In this document: positions 27,900 through 36,729 of the stretch, one piece after another | Layout: each line of letters starts with the position of its first letter | Numbering within the stretch: position 1 is the stretch's first letter | NCBI GenBank assembly: GCA_043761585.1 | Contig: JAYUNN010000011.1 | Location: 12,408 to 76,407 of the forward strand | Length of the DNA stretch: 64,000 nt | Source of the DNA: a bacterium | Lineage (GTDB): Bacteria; Patescibacteriota; JACMRA01; JAYUNN01 | Direction of reading: 5' to 3' | Position numbers and translations under genes: made by a program | Notes under the pieces: model-generated | Database searches by the model: none | What the model was told of the DNA's origin: nothing | The model's input: the letters and a program-made list of their open reading frames with translations, nothing else

Positions 27900-28110
27900 T
27901 TAGTGTCTTCTACCTTGGCATCTGGGGTTCTTCTTGGCACAGCCCCGATTTGTAAGAAAAACTACCACTTTTATTATTTCAAAACTCAAACAGTCGCGCT
28001 GCTCATATATGCGTCAAGTGTGATATTTTTTGAGTGATAAAGAGAGCAAAAGAATAGCTCAATACTTCGGTTTTGTTACTCGGGTTTTAAATCTCTTTTT
28101 AGCTTTTTAG
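27900..28110 (+). repeat. Family A structured element, divergent copy A3
   Basis: TCTTCTACCTTGGCATCTGGGGTTC...ACTCAAACAGTCGCGCTGCTCATAT...GTCAAGTGTGATATTTTTTGAGTGATAAAGAGAGCAAAAGAATAGC. The homologous start codon is ATA. Confidence 0.55.
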
Positions 28111-30030
28111 CTCCCACTCCTTGGTCAATTTGGCTATTTCGCTTTTAAGCTCTTCATAACGACTCATTTTTTGACTGATTTTTTCTGATTTTTGGGTGAA
28201 AAAATCATAAGCAGCCATTTCCTTTTCGAGTTTTTTCAGCTCTTTTTCCAAATTTTCGATTTCCTTTTCGAGTTTTTTCAGCTCTTTCTCTTTTTGTCGC
28301 AGGTCTCGAAATGAAACTTTTAGTTCTTTTTTATCAATTTTAGGGTTTTGTTGTATCAAATCTGTAATACTAAGTTGATTAATTGGCGTGTCAGGAATCA
28401 CAATGCTTGGATTAAGCGGCTTTTTACGAGCAAGATAATCCTCAAAATTACCAGAATTTAGCACAAAACTTCCATCTCCCTCTAACGACAAAATATTGTT
28501 GCAAACTTGATTTAAAAAATAACGATCGTGGGATACGATGATGGCAACACCCTTAAACTGAAGCAAAGACTCTTCTAATAAACGAATGGTTTCAAGATCA
28601 AGGTCGTTGGTTGGCTCATCTAAAATCAAACAATTTCCACCTTGGATTAAGACTTTGGCCAGTAAAACTCTAGCTCGCTCGCCGCCAGAAAAATGCTTTA
28701 TTTTGGTCATGATTTGCTGATTTGAAAACTGTAATCGTCGTAAGTAGCCGCGAGTGGAAATCATGCCTTCACCAAATTTGGTACTTTCTTGGCCTTGACC
28801 GATTTCTTCAAAAAGAGTATTTTCGAGGTTTAAAGTAGCTTTTTCCTGATCTTGATAATTGAAAATTGTGTTTTGACCAATGACTATTTTTCCAGTTTGA
28901 GTGATATTTGGCTCAAAAAATTCTGGATCATTTTGACCTAAAATGGCTTTGATTAAGGTGGTTTTACCAGAACCGTTGACACCGATTAAGCCGAGCCGAA
29001 AACCAGGCTGGAAAGAAAAATCTAGTTTTTTAATCACATTTTTAGCCGCTACTGAAAGTGACAAATTTTCAAAATTGATGATTTTATTGCTCAGTGGTCT
29101 AATTTTTGGTAAAAGTAACTCTAAATCTTGTTCTTGAAGTGTACTTTTACTATTTTTCAAGTCTTCATAGCGCTGCATTCGACCTTTGTCTTTGACACCA
29201 CGACCCTGAACTCCAGCTCGGACCCACTCGATTTCTCGCTTTAAAAAAGCAAGTTTTCGATTTTCTTCGGTGGCGGCAATTTCCAGACGTTTGGCTTTGT
29301 CTAAAATATATTTTTGATAGTTGCCAGTATGTTGGTAAATCTTGCCATCAAAGATCTCGATCATACGAGTAGCTAGCCGATCTAAAAAATAACGATCGTG
29401 GGATACGATAATTACAGCACCTTTATAGGTTTTGAGTGTATTTTCCAGGGCTTCGATGGAGGTAATGTCGAGGTGATTGGTAGGCTCGTCGAGGATTATG
29501 ACATCGGGCTGAGCTACTATTTTGGCGGCAATGGCGACTTTGCGCTTTTCACCCCCAGAAAGAGATCCTATTTTAGCTTCAAGTTTTGGTCCGAATAGTC
29601 TTTGGACAGTTTCAGTGATATTTTGGATCACAAACTCGTGTTTGACCGTATCAAAATGCCTCCAAGGGTCTGTGTACTCGAGTAAATCAGCAATGTACTG
29701 CAGCTCCTCCGAACCAAAACCAGCGTGAAAATCATACCAATTTTTGGCCACAGTCTCAAATACTGTTAAATCTGGATCAAGATCAACCTCTTGGGGAATA
29801 TAGCTAATTTTAGCACCAGATTTCATTTCTAGTTTACCGCCATCAGCCTGATAAAATCCAGCTAACAGCTTTAAGAAACTAGATTTTCCGGATCCATTTC
29901 GACCGACTACACCGACTATTTCTGTAGATTTTATTTCAAAAGTGACAGCATCTAAAATAGTTTTTTGACCAAAGTGAAGACTGAGTTCGACGGCTTTTAG
30001 CACGACGGTTTGGGAGTATTCTAACGACAT
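28099..30030 (-). CDS. ABC-F family ATPase (two ABC cassettes, no TM domain, C-terminal coiled coil)
   Basis: Two Walker A motifs (GRNGSGKSS, GVNGSGKTT), two LSGGE signatures and a charged linker. C-terminal repeat LKKLEKE. Confidence 0.9.
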   Translation of the reverse strand: MSLEYSQTVVLKAVELSLHFGQKTILDAVTFEIKSTEIVGVVGRNGSGKSSFLKLLAGFYQADGGKLEMKSGAKISYIPQEVDLDPDLTVFETVAKNWYDFHAGFGSEELQYIADLLEYTDPWRHFDTVKHEFVIQNITETVQRLFGPKLEAKIGSLSGGEKRKVAIAAKIVAQPDVIILDEPTNHLDITSIEALENTLKTYKGAVIIVSHDRYFLDRLATRMIEIFDGKIYQHTGNYQKYILDKAKRLEIAATEENRKLAFLKREIEWVRAGVQGRGVKDKGRMQRYEDLKNSKSTLQEQDLELLLPKIRPLSNKIINFENLSLSVAAKNVIKKLDFSFQPGFRLGLIGVNGSGKTTLIKAILGQNDPEFFEPNITQTGKIVIGQNTIFNYQDQEKATLNLENTLFEEIGQGQESTKFGEGMISTRGYLRRLQFSNQQIMTKIKHFSGGERARVLLAKVLIQGGNCLILDEPTNDLDLETIRLLEESLLQFKGVAIIVSHDRYFLNQVCNNILSLEGDGSFVLNSGNFEDYLARKKPLNPSIVIPDTPINQLSITDLIQQNPKIDKKELKVSFRDLRQKEKELKKLEKEIENLEKELKKLEKEMAAYDFFTQKSEKISQKMSRYEELKSEIAKLTKEWELKS

Positions 30031-30239
30031 AATCTATGTTTAAGTTAGCATTTATGCACTCAAACTGTCAAAATTTTATAAAGCTACACTGTTAAGCCAT
30101 AAATTAGTTTTGCATTTTGTAAAGAAAGCTCTGAAAATAATCCAGACATTTAAATATTAGCATAAACGGCATGTATAAAATTTATTTAAATCTTGATAGC
30201 AAAACTTATAAAATGAAATATTTTTATTAAATCTTAAAT

Positions 30240-30414
30240 TTTGTATTTTCCACTCTGTTAGAGTATTTGGATTCTTTTATTTCAAAAAACCTCATTTTGT
30301 GAGGGAAAAATTACATTTTCTTTTTTATTTTAATGTTCCATAACTACGCTGTCCATGAGCCCCAATTAGTTATTTTTTAGGAAAGACAGGATTTTATATT
30401 TAGTTTCACACTAG
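30240..30414 (+). repeat. Family A structured element, rearranged copy A4
   Basis: TTTTCCACTCTGTTAGAGTATTTGGATTC...AAAACCTC..., 3' TTTTTTAGGAAAGACAGGATT. The GGGGCTCAT block is present in inverted orientation (30354-30363). Confidence 0.5.
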
Positions 30415-30685
30415 GCTTATTTAAACAAATTTATCCTATTTTGGGAATATTTTCTTGAATTTAAACCTAAAATCAAACATAATGAATTGATTTAAAATTA
30501 CACACGGTTTTAAATTTAAAATAGAAAAATAGACAACAAATATTAAATAGTTTAAAACTTGGATCAAGTGTGATTTACTGCATAATACCCATGCACAATA
30601 TTTAGAGCATTGTACATCATTTATTCGTAATCAGTAATGATTAGATTAGTTTGTTGACTTTTAAAAATCTTTTTCTTTTGAAAAT

Positions 30686-32968
30686 ATGACTATTAAAAAT
30701 AATTTAAAGTATTTAGCGATCACCGGAGTGGTTTTAGTGGTTATTATTTCAGGTTCGCTGCTATACACTCTAAAAAATAGGCTAAAATCTTCAAGTCCAC
30801 CCTCTAAATTAGGTGATGACATTGTAAATCCAGTTGATACTACGGTCCCAGTTTTAGCTTTAAATAGCTTTAAATCGTGCCAGGACATTTTAGGTAATTT
30901 GCAAGACTATCAAAAGCAGCAAAACTTACAACAAAAGCAAAATTATAGATATTCTCAACCTGTTTCGGCTCCTACCGCACAAGATACTAAATCTAGTGTA
31001 TCTGCACCAAATGCTTCTTCTACACCGTCTAGTAGCACAGTTTATTCTGGCACCAACAATCAAGTTCAAAATGTAGATGAAGGTGATATAATCAAAACGG
31101 ATGGTAAAAATATTTATACTGTAAATGGTCGAAATATAAACATCACTCAAGTCGATCCCCAAACTGGCAGTATTTCTAAATTAGCAAAAATTTCACTTTC
31201 GAAATCATTTCAAAGTGTGACACAGCTAAACCTATATAAAAATTATTTGTTGATTACGGGTTCTGGCTCCTCAAGCTATGGTGGTTTAGCCGTGATCGGA
31301 GTCTATGATGTTTCCGAGTCTTCAAACCCAAAATTAGTTCGTGAGCTTGCCATGGATGGTAATATTAGCACCACTAGAATGGTCGGCAGCGTGGTTTATG
31401 TTGTAAATAATTTCAATAACTACCAATTTTCAAATATTTTAAGTGATTCAAATCAAGGTACTTTAGAATCTAGCACTCTTTTACCAGCTACAAGCCCAAA
31501 TATTATAGAAAATGCTACTAAAATTGAGCAAATCCAGCAAAATTTACCCAAAATTCAAGATTCTTTATCTAGCGATAAACCAACAAATATCACTTCTTGT
31601 GAAAATATAAAATATATAAAACCGATCCAAAGCATTGATTTTACCGCAGTTTTAGCTTTAGATTTAGAAAATCCCAAAGGTGAACTTGGTAAAGAGTTGG
31701 TCTTAGGCAGTGGTCAGAATGTATACGCCTCAGAAAAAAATCTATATTTAGCTCAAACTAATTATAATTCTCAGCAAATCCAGAAAACTAGCATTTTTAA
31801 ATTTAATTTAGATGGCATCAAAGTAAAATTCCAGACCCAAGCTGAAATTCTTGGAACTATTTTAAACCAATTTAGCATGGATGAATTTGAAAATAATCTA
31901 CGAGTCTCTGCTCACCATAACCAATTTTATCAGGCTCAGAGTGTTTTTTCAGGTTTTTTCGGTGATCAATTCAATATTTTTCCATTTACCAATCCTAGAT
32001 CTTCTACTCCAGAGTCAAATAGTATCACTGTGTTTGATGCCGATCTAAAACAAATAGGCTTGGTACAAAATATAGCTCCTGGCGAGCAGATTTATGCTAC
32101 TAGATTTATGGGAAAAAAGGGCTATTTGGTGACTTTTAAGTCGGTTGATCCATTTTTTGTATTAGATTTGAGCGACCCTAAAGACCCAAAAATCACTGGC
32201 CAACTAAAAATTCCTGGGTTTTCAAATTATTTACACCCAATTTCAGAAAATTTGATTATAGGTATAGGTAAAAATGCCACTGAAGGAGTTGATAGTTTTG
32301 GGGATGAGACAGGTTTTGCTTGGTACCAAGGTTTAAAATTAGGCTTATTTGATGTCAGTGATACAAATAATCCAAAAGAATTAGCTAAGGTCGAAATCGG
32401 AGATCGTGGCACTGATTCAGTCGTTTTAAGTGATCATAAAGCATTACTTTGGGATTCGCGAAATAATTTACTCACTATTCCAGTTAATTTAATGCTTATT
32501 CCGCAAGAGCAAAAAGCGGAGCGAGATAAAAATATTGCAGCTGGTGGAGCAGTTTACCCACTTTACGGTCAATTTAAATATCAAGGCAGTTACGTCTACG
32601 AAGTTACTCCGAGTGATGGCTTCAAACTTAAAGGCAGAATTTCACATATTGAAACTAAAGCCAAAATTGAAACAACAAATCAGACCTTAGATCGTAAATA
32701 CGATGAATTTGGACAATTGCTACCTTCAGACGAAACTAACTCAGCCCCTACAAGTAATCCAAATACTCGGCCTAGTTGTGGTGCAGTGGGTCAAAATTGC
32801 GTTATGCCCAGAATTGCTATAGGTGAGCCTTATCCAGGTCAAAATGATTACCAATACTATATTAACAGACAGTTATATATCAATAATTTCTTAATTACGT
32901 CTTCTGCTAAGCAGCTACAGAGCAACAGAACATCCGATTTGTCACTGATAAACAATGTCGGATTTTAA
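30686..32968 (+). CDS. Secreted beta-propeller domain protein (Beta_propel family)
   Basis: N-terminal TM/signal anchor. Characteristic YSGTNNQVQNVDEGDIIKTDGKNIY, FYATRFMGKKGYLVTFKSVDPFFVLDLSDP and GFSNYLHP blocks. Confidence 0.8.
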   Translation: MTIKNNLKYLAITGVVLVVIISGSLLYTLKNRLKSSSPPSKLGDDIVNPVDTTVPVLALNSFKSCQDILGNLQDYQKQQNLQQKQNYRYSQPVSAPTAQDTKSSVSAPNASSTPSSSTVYSGTNNQVQNVDEGDIIKTDGKNIYTVNGRNINITQVDPQTGSISKLAKISLSKSFQSVTQLNLYKNYLLITGSGSSSYGGLAVIGVYDVSESSNPKLVRELAMDGNISTTRMVGSVVYVVNNFNNYQFSNILSDSNQGTLESSTLLPATSPNIIENATKIEQIQQNLPKIQDSLSSDKPTNITSCENIKYIKPIQSIDFTAVLALDLENPKGELGKELVLGSGQNVYASEKNLYLAQTNYNSQQIQKTSIFKFNLDGIKVKFQTQAEILGTILNQFSMDEFENNLRVSAHHNQFYQAQSVFSGFFGDQFNIFPFTNPRSSTPESNSITVFDADLKQIGLVQNIAPGEQIYATRFMGKKGYLVTFKSVDPFFVLDLSDPKDPKITGQLKIPGFSNYLHPISENLIIGIGKNATEGVDSFGDETGFAWYQGLKLGLFDVSDTNNPKELAKVEIGDRGTDSVVLSDHKALLWDSRNNLLTIPVNLMLIPQEQKAERDKNIAAGGAVYPLYGQFKYQGSYVYEVTPSDGFKLKGRISHIETKAKIETTNQTLDRKYDEFGQLLPSDETNSAPTSNPNTRPSCGAVGQNCVMPRIAIGEPYPGQNDYQYYINRQLYINNFLITSSAKQLQSNRTSDLSLINNVGF

Positions 32969-33059
32969 AAAGTTTGATTTAGTTATTGAAGTGACCGTTA
33001 TGATCTAATGGTGTAAAGTAAGAAACTTATATTCTATTATGGTCCATGAGTAACTAGTT

Positions 33060-33137
33060 TTATGAATATTCTTGACTTTCAAGCCTCGATAACCAAATCG
33101 CGAAACTAAATACTAAGCCCATTCTTTTTCCCATCAT
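33060..33137 (-). CDS. Candidate 25-aa hydrophobic peptide inside family A copy A5
   Basis: GAGGTAAGGA precedes ATGATG. Peptide MMGKRMGLVFSFAIWLSRLESQEYS. It aligns codon-for-codon with the A2 peptide (MGLVFSFAIWL versus MSLIFYFGIGV). Confidence 0.3.
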   Translation of the reverse strand: MMGKRMGLVFSFAIWLSRLESQEYS

Positions 33138-33285
33138 TCCTTACCTCAAAACACCTGATTTAGAAGGTATGGCGGCTGAATTGTTTGAGCTTTAAAATAA
33201 TAGAGAAAGTGTATCATTTTCCATTTCTTAGCTGAAATAATCTCATTGGACCAAAATAGAGTCTGGCACCTAACCTGCAGCAGTT
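33060..33285 (-). repeat. Family A structured element, copy A5 (intact short ORF)
   Basis: The minus strand reads GTTAGGTGCCAGACTCTATTTTGGTCC...GCTCAAACAATTC...CTAAATCAGGTGTTTTGAGGTAAGGAATGATGGG. Lies downstream of the rpsI terminator. Confidence 0.6.
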
Positions 33286-33339
33286 TATATGGTTCAGTAG
33301 CTTTTTATTTCACCATTTGCAATCCCTTAATGAGGCTCA

Positions 33340-33362
33340 ATAAAAACCCCCATAGTGGGGGT
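33340..33362 (-). terminator. Rho-independent terminator of rpsI
   Basis: The minus strand reads CCCCCACTATGGGGG followed by TTTTTATT. Confidence 0.7.
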
Positions 33363-33396
33363 AATGCGTAAGAAGATATAGGAACTTATAAGAAAA

Positions 33397-33780
33397 TTAA
33401 CGTTTGACCCACTGTGGAGCTTTACGAGCTTTCTTTAAACCTGGTCTCTTTGAAAGAACTTTTCTAGGATCGGAAGTCAACCAACCGTGAACTTTTAGTT
33501 CAGACTTAATTTCTGGAGTATTTTCGACTACTGCCTTAGCTACAGCTAATCGGCAACCCTCAGATTGACCTGTTAGACCACCACCTTTAACAAAAAACTC
33601 AACTCTAAAAGTGTCTAGATTCATGAGTTTGATAGCGTCTAAAATTTTATTTGCAAAATAAGCTGGGAAATATGAATTTATTTCTTTACCGTTTACAAAA
33701 ACTGAATGAGCTTCTCCAGGGTGAATTTTACATTTAGCAACGGCAGCTTTTCGACGTCCAAATTTACAAATATAAGCCAT
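33397..33780 (-). CDS. rpsI: 30S ribosomal protein S9
   Basis: GGGLTGQSEGCRLAVAKA and C-terminal KKARKAPQWVKR. Confidence 0.93.
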   Translation of the reverse strand: MAYICKFGRRKAAVAKCKIHPGEAHSVFVNGKEINSYFPAYFANKILDAIKLMNLDTFRVEFFVKGGGLTGQSEGCRLAVAKAVVENTPEIKSELKVHGWLTSDPRKVLSKRPGLKKARKAPQWVKR

Positions 33781-33956
33781 AATTAAATTGAATTTAGTAG
33801 TATTTTTTTTAAGTGGTTTTATAGAATTTGTCTATAGCAATTAGCTGGATGATTTAGCTTTTTGTAGAGGAAATAAACTATGATTGAAACATGAGTTATA
33901 GTAACTTAAAATTTTGTGAGTTGTCAAGGATTTTCTTTGGTGGTAAAATAAAATAT

Positions 33957-36434
33957 ATGTCACTTGAAAAATATAGCGGCCTGAATAATGTAGATATTGC
34001 AAAATTGCAGACAAAATACGGCTTAAATTCAATCGAAATCAAAAACAATCAAAATTTAATTTGGAAGATTTTAGCATATTTTAAAAATCCAATTATCCTA
34101 ATTTTATTATGTGCTAGTTTTTTATCTGGTGTTTTAGGTCAGGTCCAAGACGCTTTGATTATTGTAATAATGGTTTTGGTAAGTATTTTACTAGATTTTG
34201 TCCAAGAATATCGGGCAAGTAGTGCCTCAGCAAAACTATCACAAAAATTAGCCAAAGTAACCACTGTCATTCGCGATGGCTTAAAACAAACTATCGATAT
34301 TAAAAATTTGGTTCCAAACGACATCATTTTTTTAAATATTGGTAGCATTGTACCAGCTGACGCCGAGGTTCTGGAGCTCGATTCTTTCCAAACCAATGAA
34401 TCGGTTTTAAGCGGTGAAAGTTTTGCGATTGAAAAGCAGGTTGGTAGTTCAGTTTGGGCTGGAACAAATGTGGTAGCAGGTTGGGCATATCTGAGAGTAA
34501 CCAAAATTGGCCTAAATAGTAGTTTTGGTAAAATCGCTAAAAGCTTGAAAGAGCCTGAAATTAAAAATGCGTTTGCTGTAGGAGTTAGTAGTTTTGGAAA
34601 TCTAATCTTAAAAGTTGCGATCATAATTGTTTCGATTGTGACTTTGATTATTCTGAGTAAGGCTTTTTTAAGTGGTGAGCAGTTTACCGAAGCTGAGCTT
34701 TTAAAAGTATTTTTGTTTGCAATCACTATCGGTGTGGGGCTCACTCCTGAGTTATTACCAGTAATCACGAGTCTAAATCTAGCGCGTGGCTCACTGGCTA
34801 TGAATAAACAAGGCGTTTTAGTGAAAAAATTATATGCCATTCCTGATTTTGGTTCTATGGATGTGCTGTGCACCGACAAAACTGGCACTTTGACCGAAGA
34901 TAAAATCTCACTAATTAAGCATATAGATGTTGCTGGTCAAGAATCTGAGAAAGTCTATACTTTAGGCTACTACAACAGCCACTTTCAAAGTGGTTTAAAA
35001 AATCCCCTAGATCTGGCAATTTTAAGTCATGAAAAAGCTGATTTATACAGTATAACCAAACTTGACGAAATCCCTTATGATTTTGAGCGAAAACGATTGT
35101 CAGTAATTTTGCAAGATTCTGGTAAAGAGCCATTTATCTGCACTAAGGGGCAAGTCGAAGAAATTTTAAAAATCTGTGATAAATATGAGATAAACGGTGG
35201 CCAAATCGATACGCTAAATGATCAAGTTTTAGCAAATGTTACTGAAATATATCACGATCTAAGTCGGCAAGGTTATCGAGTTTTGGGAGTAGCTTATCGT
35301 AGTATTGAAGGAGCTGAAACTCAAAATATCGAACTTGAACAAGAAATGATCTTAGCTGGACTGCTAGCGTTTTTAGATCCACCTAAACTTACTGCCAAAA
35401 AAGCGTTAGATTTGATGGAAAAATATGGTTTAAAAATCAAGATACTTACTGGAGACAATGAGCTAGTAACTACCAAAGTGTGTCAAGAAATCGATTTACC
35501 AGATTTAGAAGCCATGACTGGTACTCAAATTGATCTCCAAAGTGATGCTGAGCTCAGTCAAAGCGTGGAGCGAATTGGTATTTTTGCTCGAGTAAATCCA
35601 GCTCAAAAGCAAAGAATCATCAAAATCTTACAGCAAAATGGTCACGTAGTAGGATATATGGGTGACGGCATCAACGATGCTCCATCTTTGAAAGCGGCCG
35701 ACGTGGGAATCTCAGTCGACAATGCTGTGGATATAGCTAAAGAATCAGCCGATATGATACTTTTGGATAAAAATCTTGAAAATTTAGTTTTAGGAGTAAT
35801 CGAGGGTAGAAAAACCTTTGGAAATACTCAAAAATATATGTTTATGGCACTTTCATCCAATTTTGGAAATATGCTATCCATGATCGGAGCGGTGTTATTT
35901 TTGCCATTTTTACCGATGTTGCCGACTCAAATTTTATTCAATAACCTTTTATATGACATTTCACAAGTTGGTATTCCGATGGATTGGGTCGATGAGGAAG
36001 ATTTAGCTACGCCTAAAAAGTGGGATTTAGATTTTATAAAGAAGTTTATGTTGGTTTTTGGGCCTTTGAGTACGGCTTTTGATTTAGCTACTTTTTACAT
36101 TATGTATCAGATTTTGCACCTTGATCAGGCATCTTTTCAAACAGTTTGGTTTATGGAGTCGCTAGCCACACAGATTTTAGTTATTTTTGTAATTCGTACA
36201 CGCAAAATTCCAATTTTGGAGTCTGTGCCTGGAAAATATTTATTGATTAGCGCTTTATCAATGTTGCTAGTTGGTTTTTTGGTGCCATTTTCACCCTTAA
36301 ACAGCTATTTTAATTTTGTAAATTTATCATTTCAGGTGATTTTGACCATTGTGGGATTGGTAGCTACTTATTTGATTTTAGCTCAATGTCTCAAGGTTTG
36401 GTTTTACAGACGATTTCAAACCAGCTCAAACTAA
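33957..36434 (+). CDS. mgtA: Magnesium-translocating P-type ATPase
   Basis: DKTGTLT, TGDN, MGDGINDAPSLKAADVGISV, and the MgtA-type C-terminal blocks LLYDISQVGIPMDWVDEE..KKWD. The ATG at 33957 is preferred over the track start 33891. Confidence 0.9.
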   Translation: MSLEKYSGLNNVDIAKLQTKYGLNSIEIKNNQNLIWKILAYFKNPIILILLCASFLSGVLGQVQDALIIVIMVLVSILLDFVQEYRASSASAKLSQKLAKVTTVIRDGLKQTIDIKNLVPNDIIFLNIGSIVPADAEVLELDSFQTNESVLSGESFAIEKQVGSSVWAGTNVVAGWAYLRVTKIGLNSSFGKIAKSLKEPEIKNAFAVGVSSFGNLILKVAIIIVSIVTLIILSKAFLSGEQFTEAELLKVFLFAITIGVGLTPELLPVITSLNLARGSLAMNKQGVLVKKLYAIPDFGSMDVLCTDKTGTLTEDKISLIKHIDVAGQESEKVYTLGYYNSHFQSGLKNPLDLAILSHEKADLYSITKLDEIPYDFERKRLSVILQDSGKEPFICTKGQVEEILKICDKYEINGGQIDTLNDQVLANVTEIYHDLSRQGYRVLGVAYRSIEGAETQNIELEQEMILAGLLAFLDPPKLTAKKALDLMEKYGLKIKILTGDNELVTTKVCQEIDLPDLEAMTGTQIDLQSDAELSQSVERIGIFARVNPAQKQRIIKILQQNGHVVGYMGDGINDAPSLKAADVGISVDNAVDIAKESADMILLDKNLENLVLGVIEGRKTFGNTQKYMFMALSSNFGNMLSMIGAVLFLPFLPMLPTQILFNNLLYDISQVGIPMDWVDEEDLATPKKWDLDFIKKFMLVFGPLSTAFDLATFYIMYQILHLDQASFQTVWFMESLATQILVIFVIRTRKIPILESVPGKYLLISALSMLLVGFLVPFSPLNSYFNFVNLSFQVILTIVGLVATYLILAQCLKVWFYRRFQTSSN

Positions 36435-36729
36435 TTAAAATTCCCAATATTCAAACTAAAGATTAGGACGGCTTTTACCCACATTTTTTACAAAAAACAT
36501 CTCGCCTGGTACGGATTAAGGCCACAACTATATTGAGCAAAGTGAAAAATGTAGTCTTCAAAATATGCATAGCAAGGTTTTACGGTCAATAAGACCACTG
36601 TACTAGGGCGGGGCGGAAAGTACAAATAATCAATTTTTTTTGTATCAATATCTTGTTTTGGGAGCTTTCCATTGAGGCCTCAAAGCTTTAAAGTGTGTAA
36701 AATACAGCATTTTCGGGCAATGAGCAATT

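Noticed and set aside
28200-28300. Near-perfect tandem DNA repeat (TTCCTTTTCGAGTTTTTTCAGCTCTTT, twice, about 50 nt apart), considered as a possible CRISPR-like or regulatory repeat.
   Set aside because: It lies inside the ABC-F coding region and encodes the duplicated coiled-coil peptide LKKLEKE(I/M). There are only two units and no spacer architecture.
33781-33956. Mg2+ (M-box/ykoK) riboswitch or leader peptide upstream of mgtA, and the track's upstream start at 33891.
   Set aside because: The region is only about 175 nt and is shared with the divergent rpsI promoter. It shows no extended conserved helices. The 22 extra N-terminal codons from 33891 have no MgtA counterpart, whereas MSLEKYSGL... 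at 33957 aligns with the usual N-terminus.
34139-34888. 249-aa minus-strand ORF, and many similar 60-130-aa antisense ORFs in the track. Examples: 1202-1420, 6035-6358, 7420-7951, 15769-17145, 19838-20463, 28943-29728, 42977-43366, 47833-48099, 52211-53425, 63402-63653.
   Set aside because: All lie inside, and antisense or out of frame to, long ORFs with clear family signatures. Their sequences are low-complexity with no recognisable motifs. They look like shadow ORFs.
36435-36729. 295-nt gap between mgtA and mutM containing a locally GC-rich stretch (CTAGGGCGGGGCGGAAAGTAC), considered as a possible SRP/6S/RNase P-type RNA or gene remnant.
   Set aside because: No conserved motifs of the known housekeeping RNAs and no convincing extended helices were visible by eye. 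There is no similarity to repeat families A or B. It is left unannotated; an Rfam scan would be the proper test.
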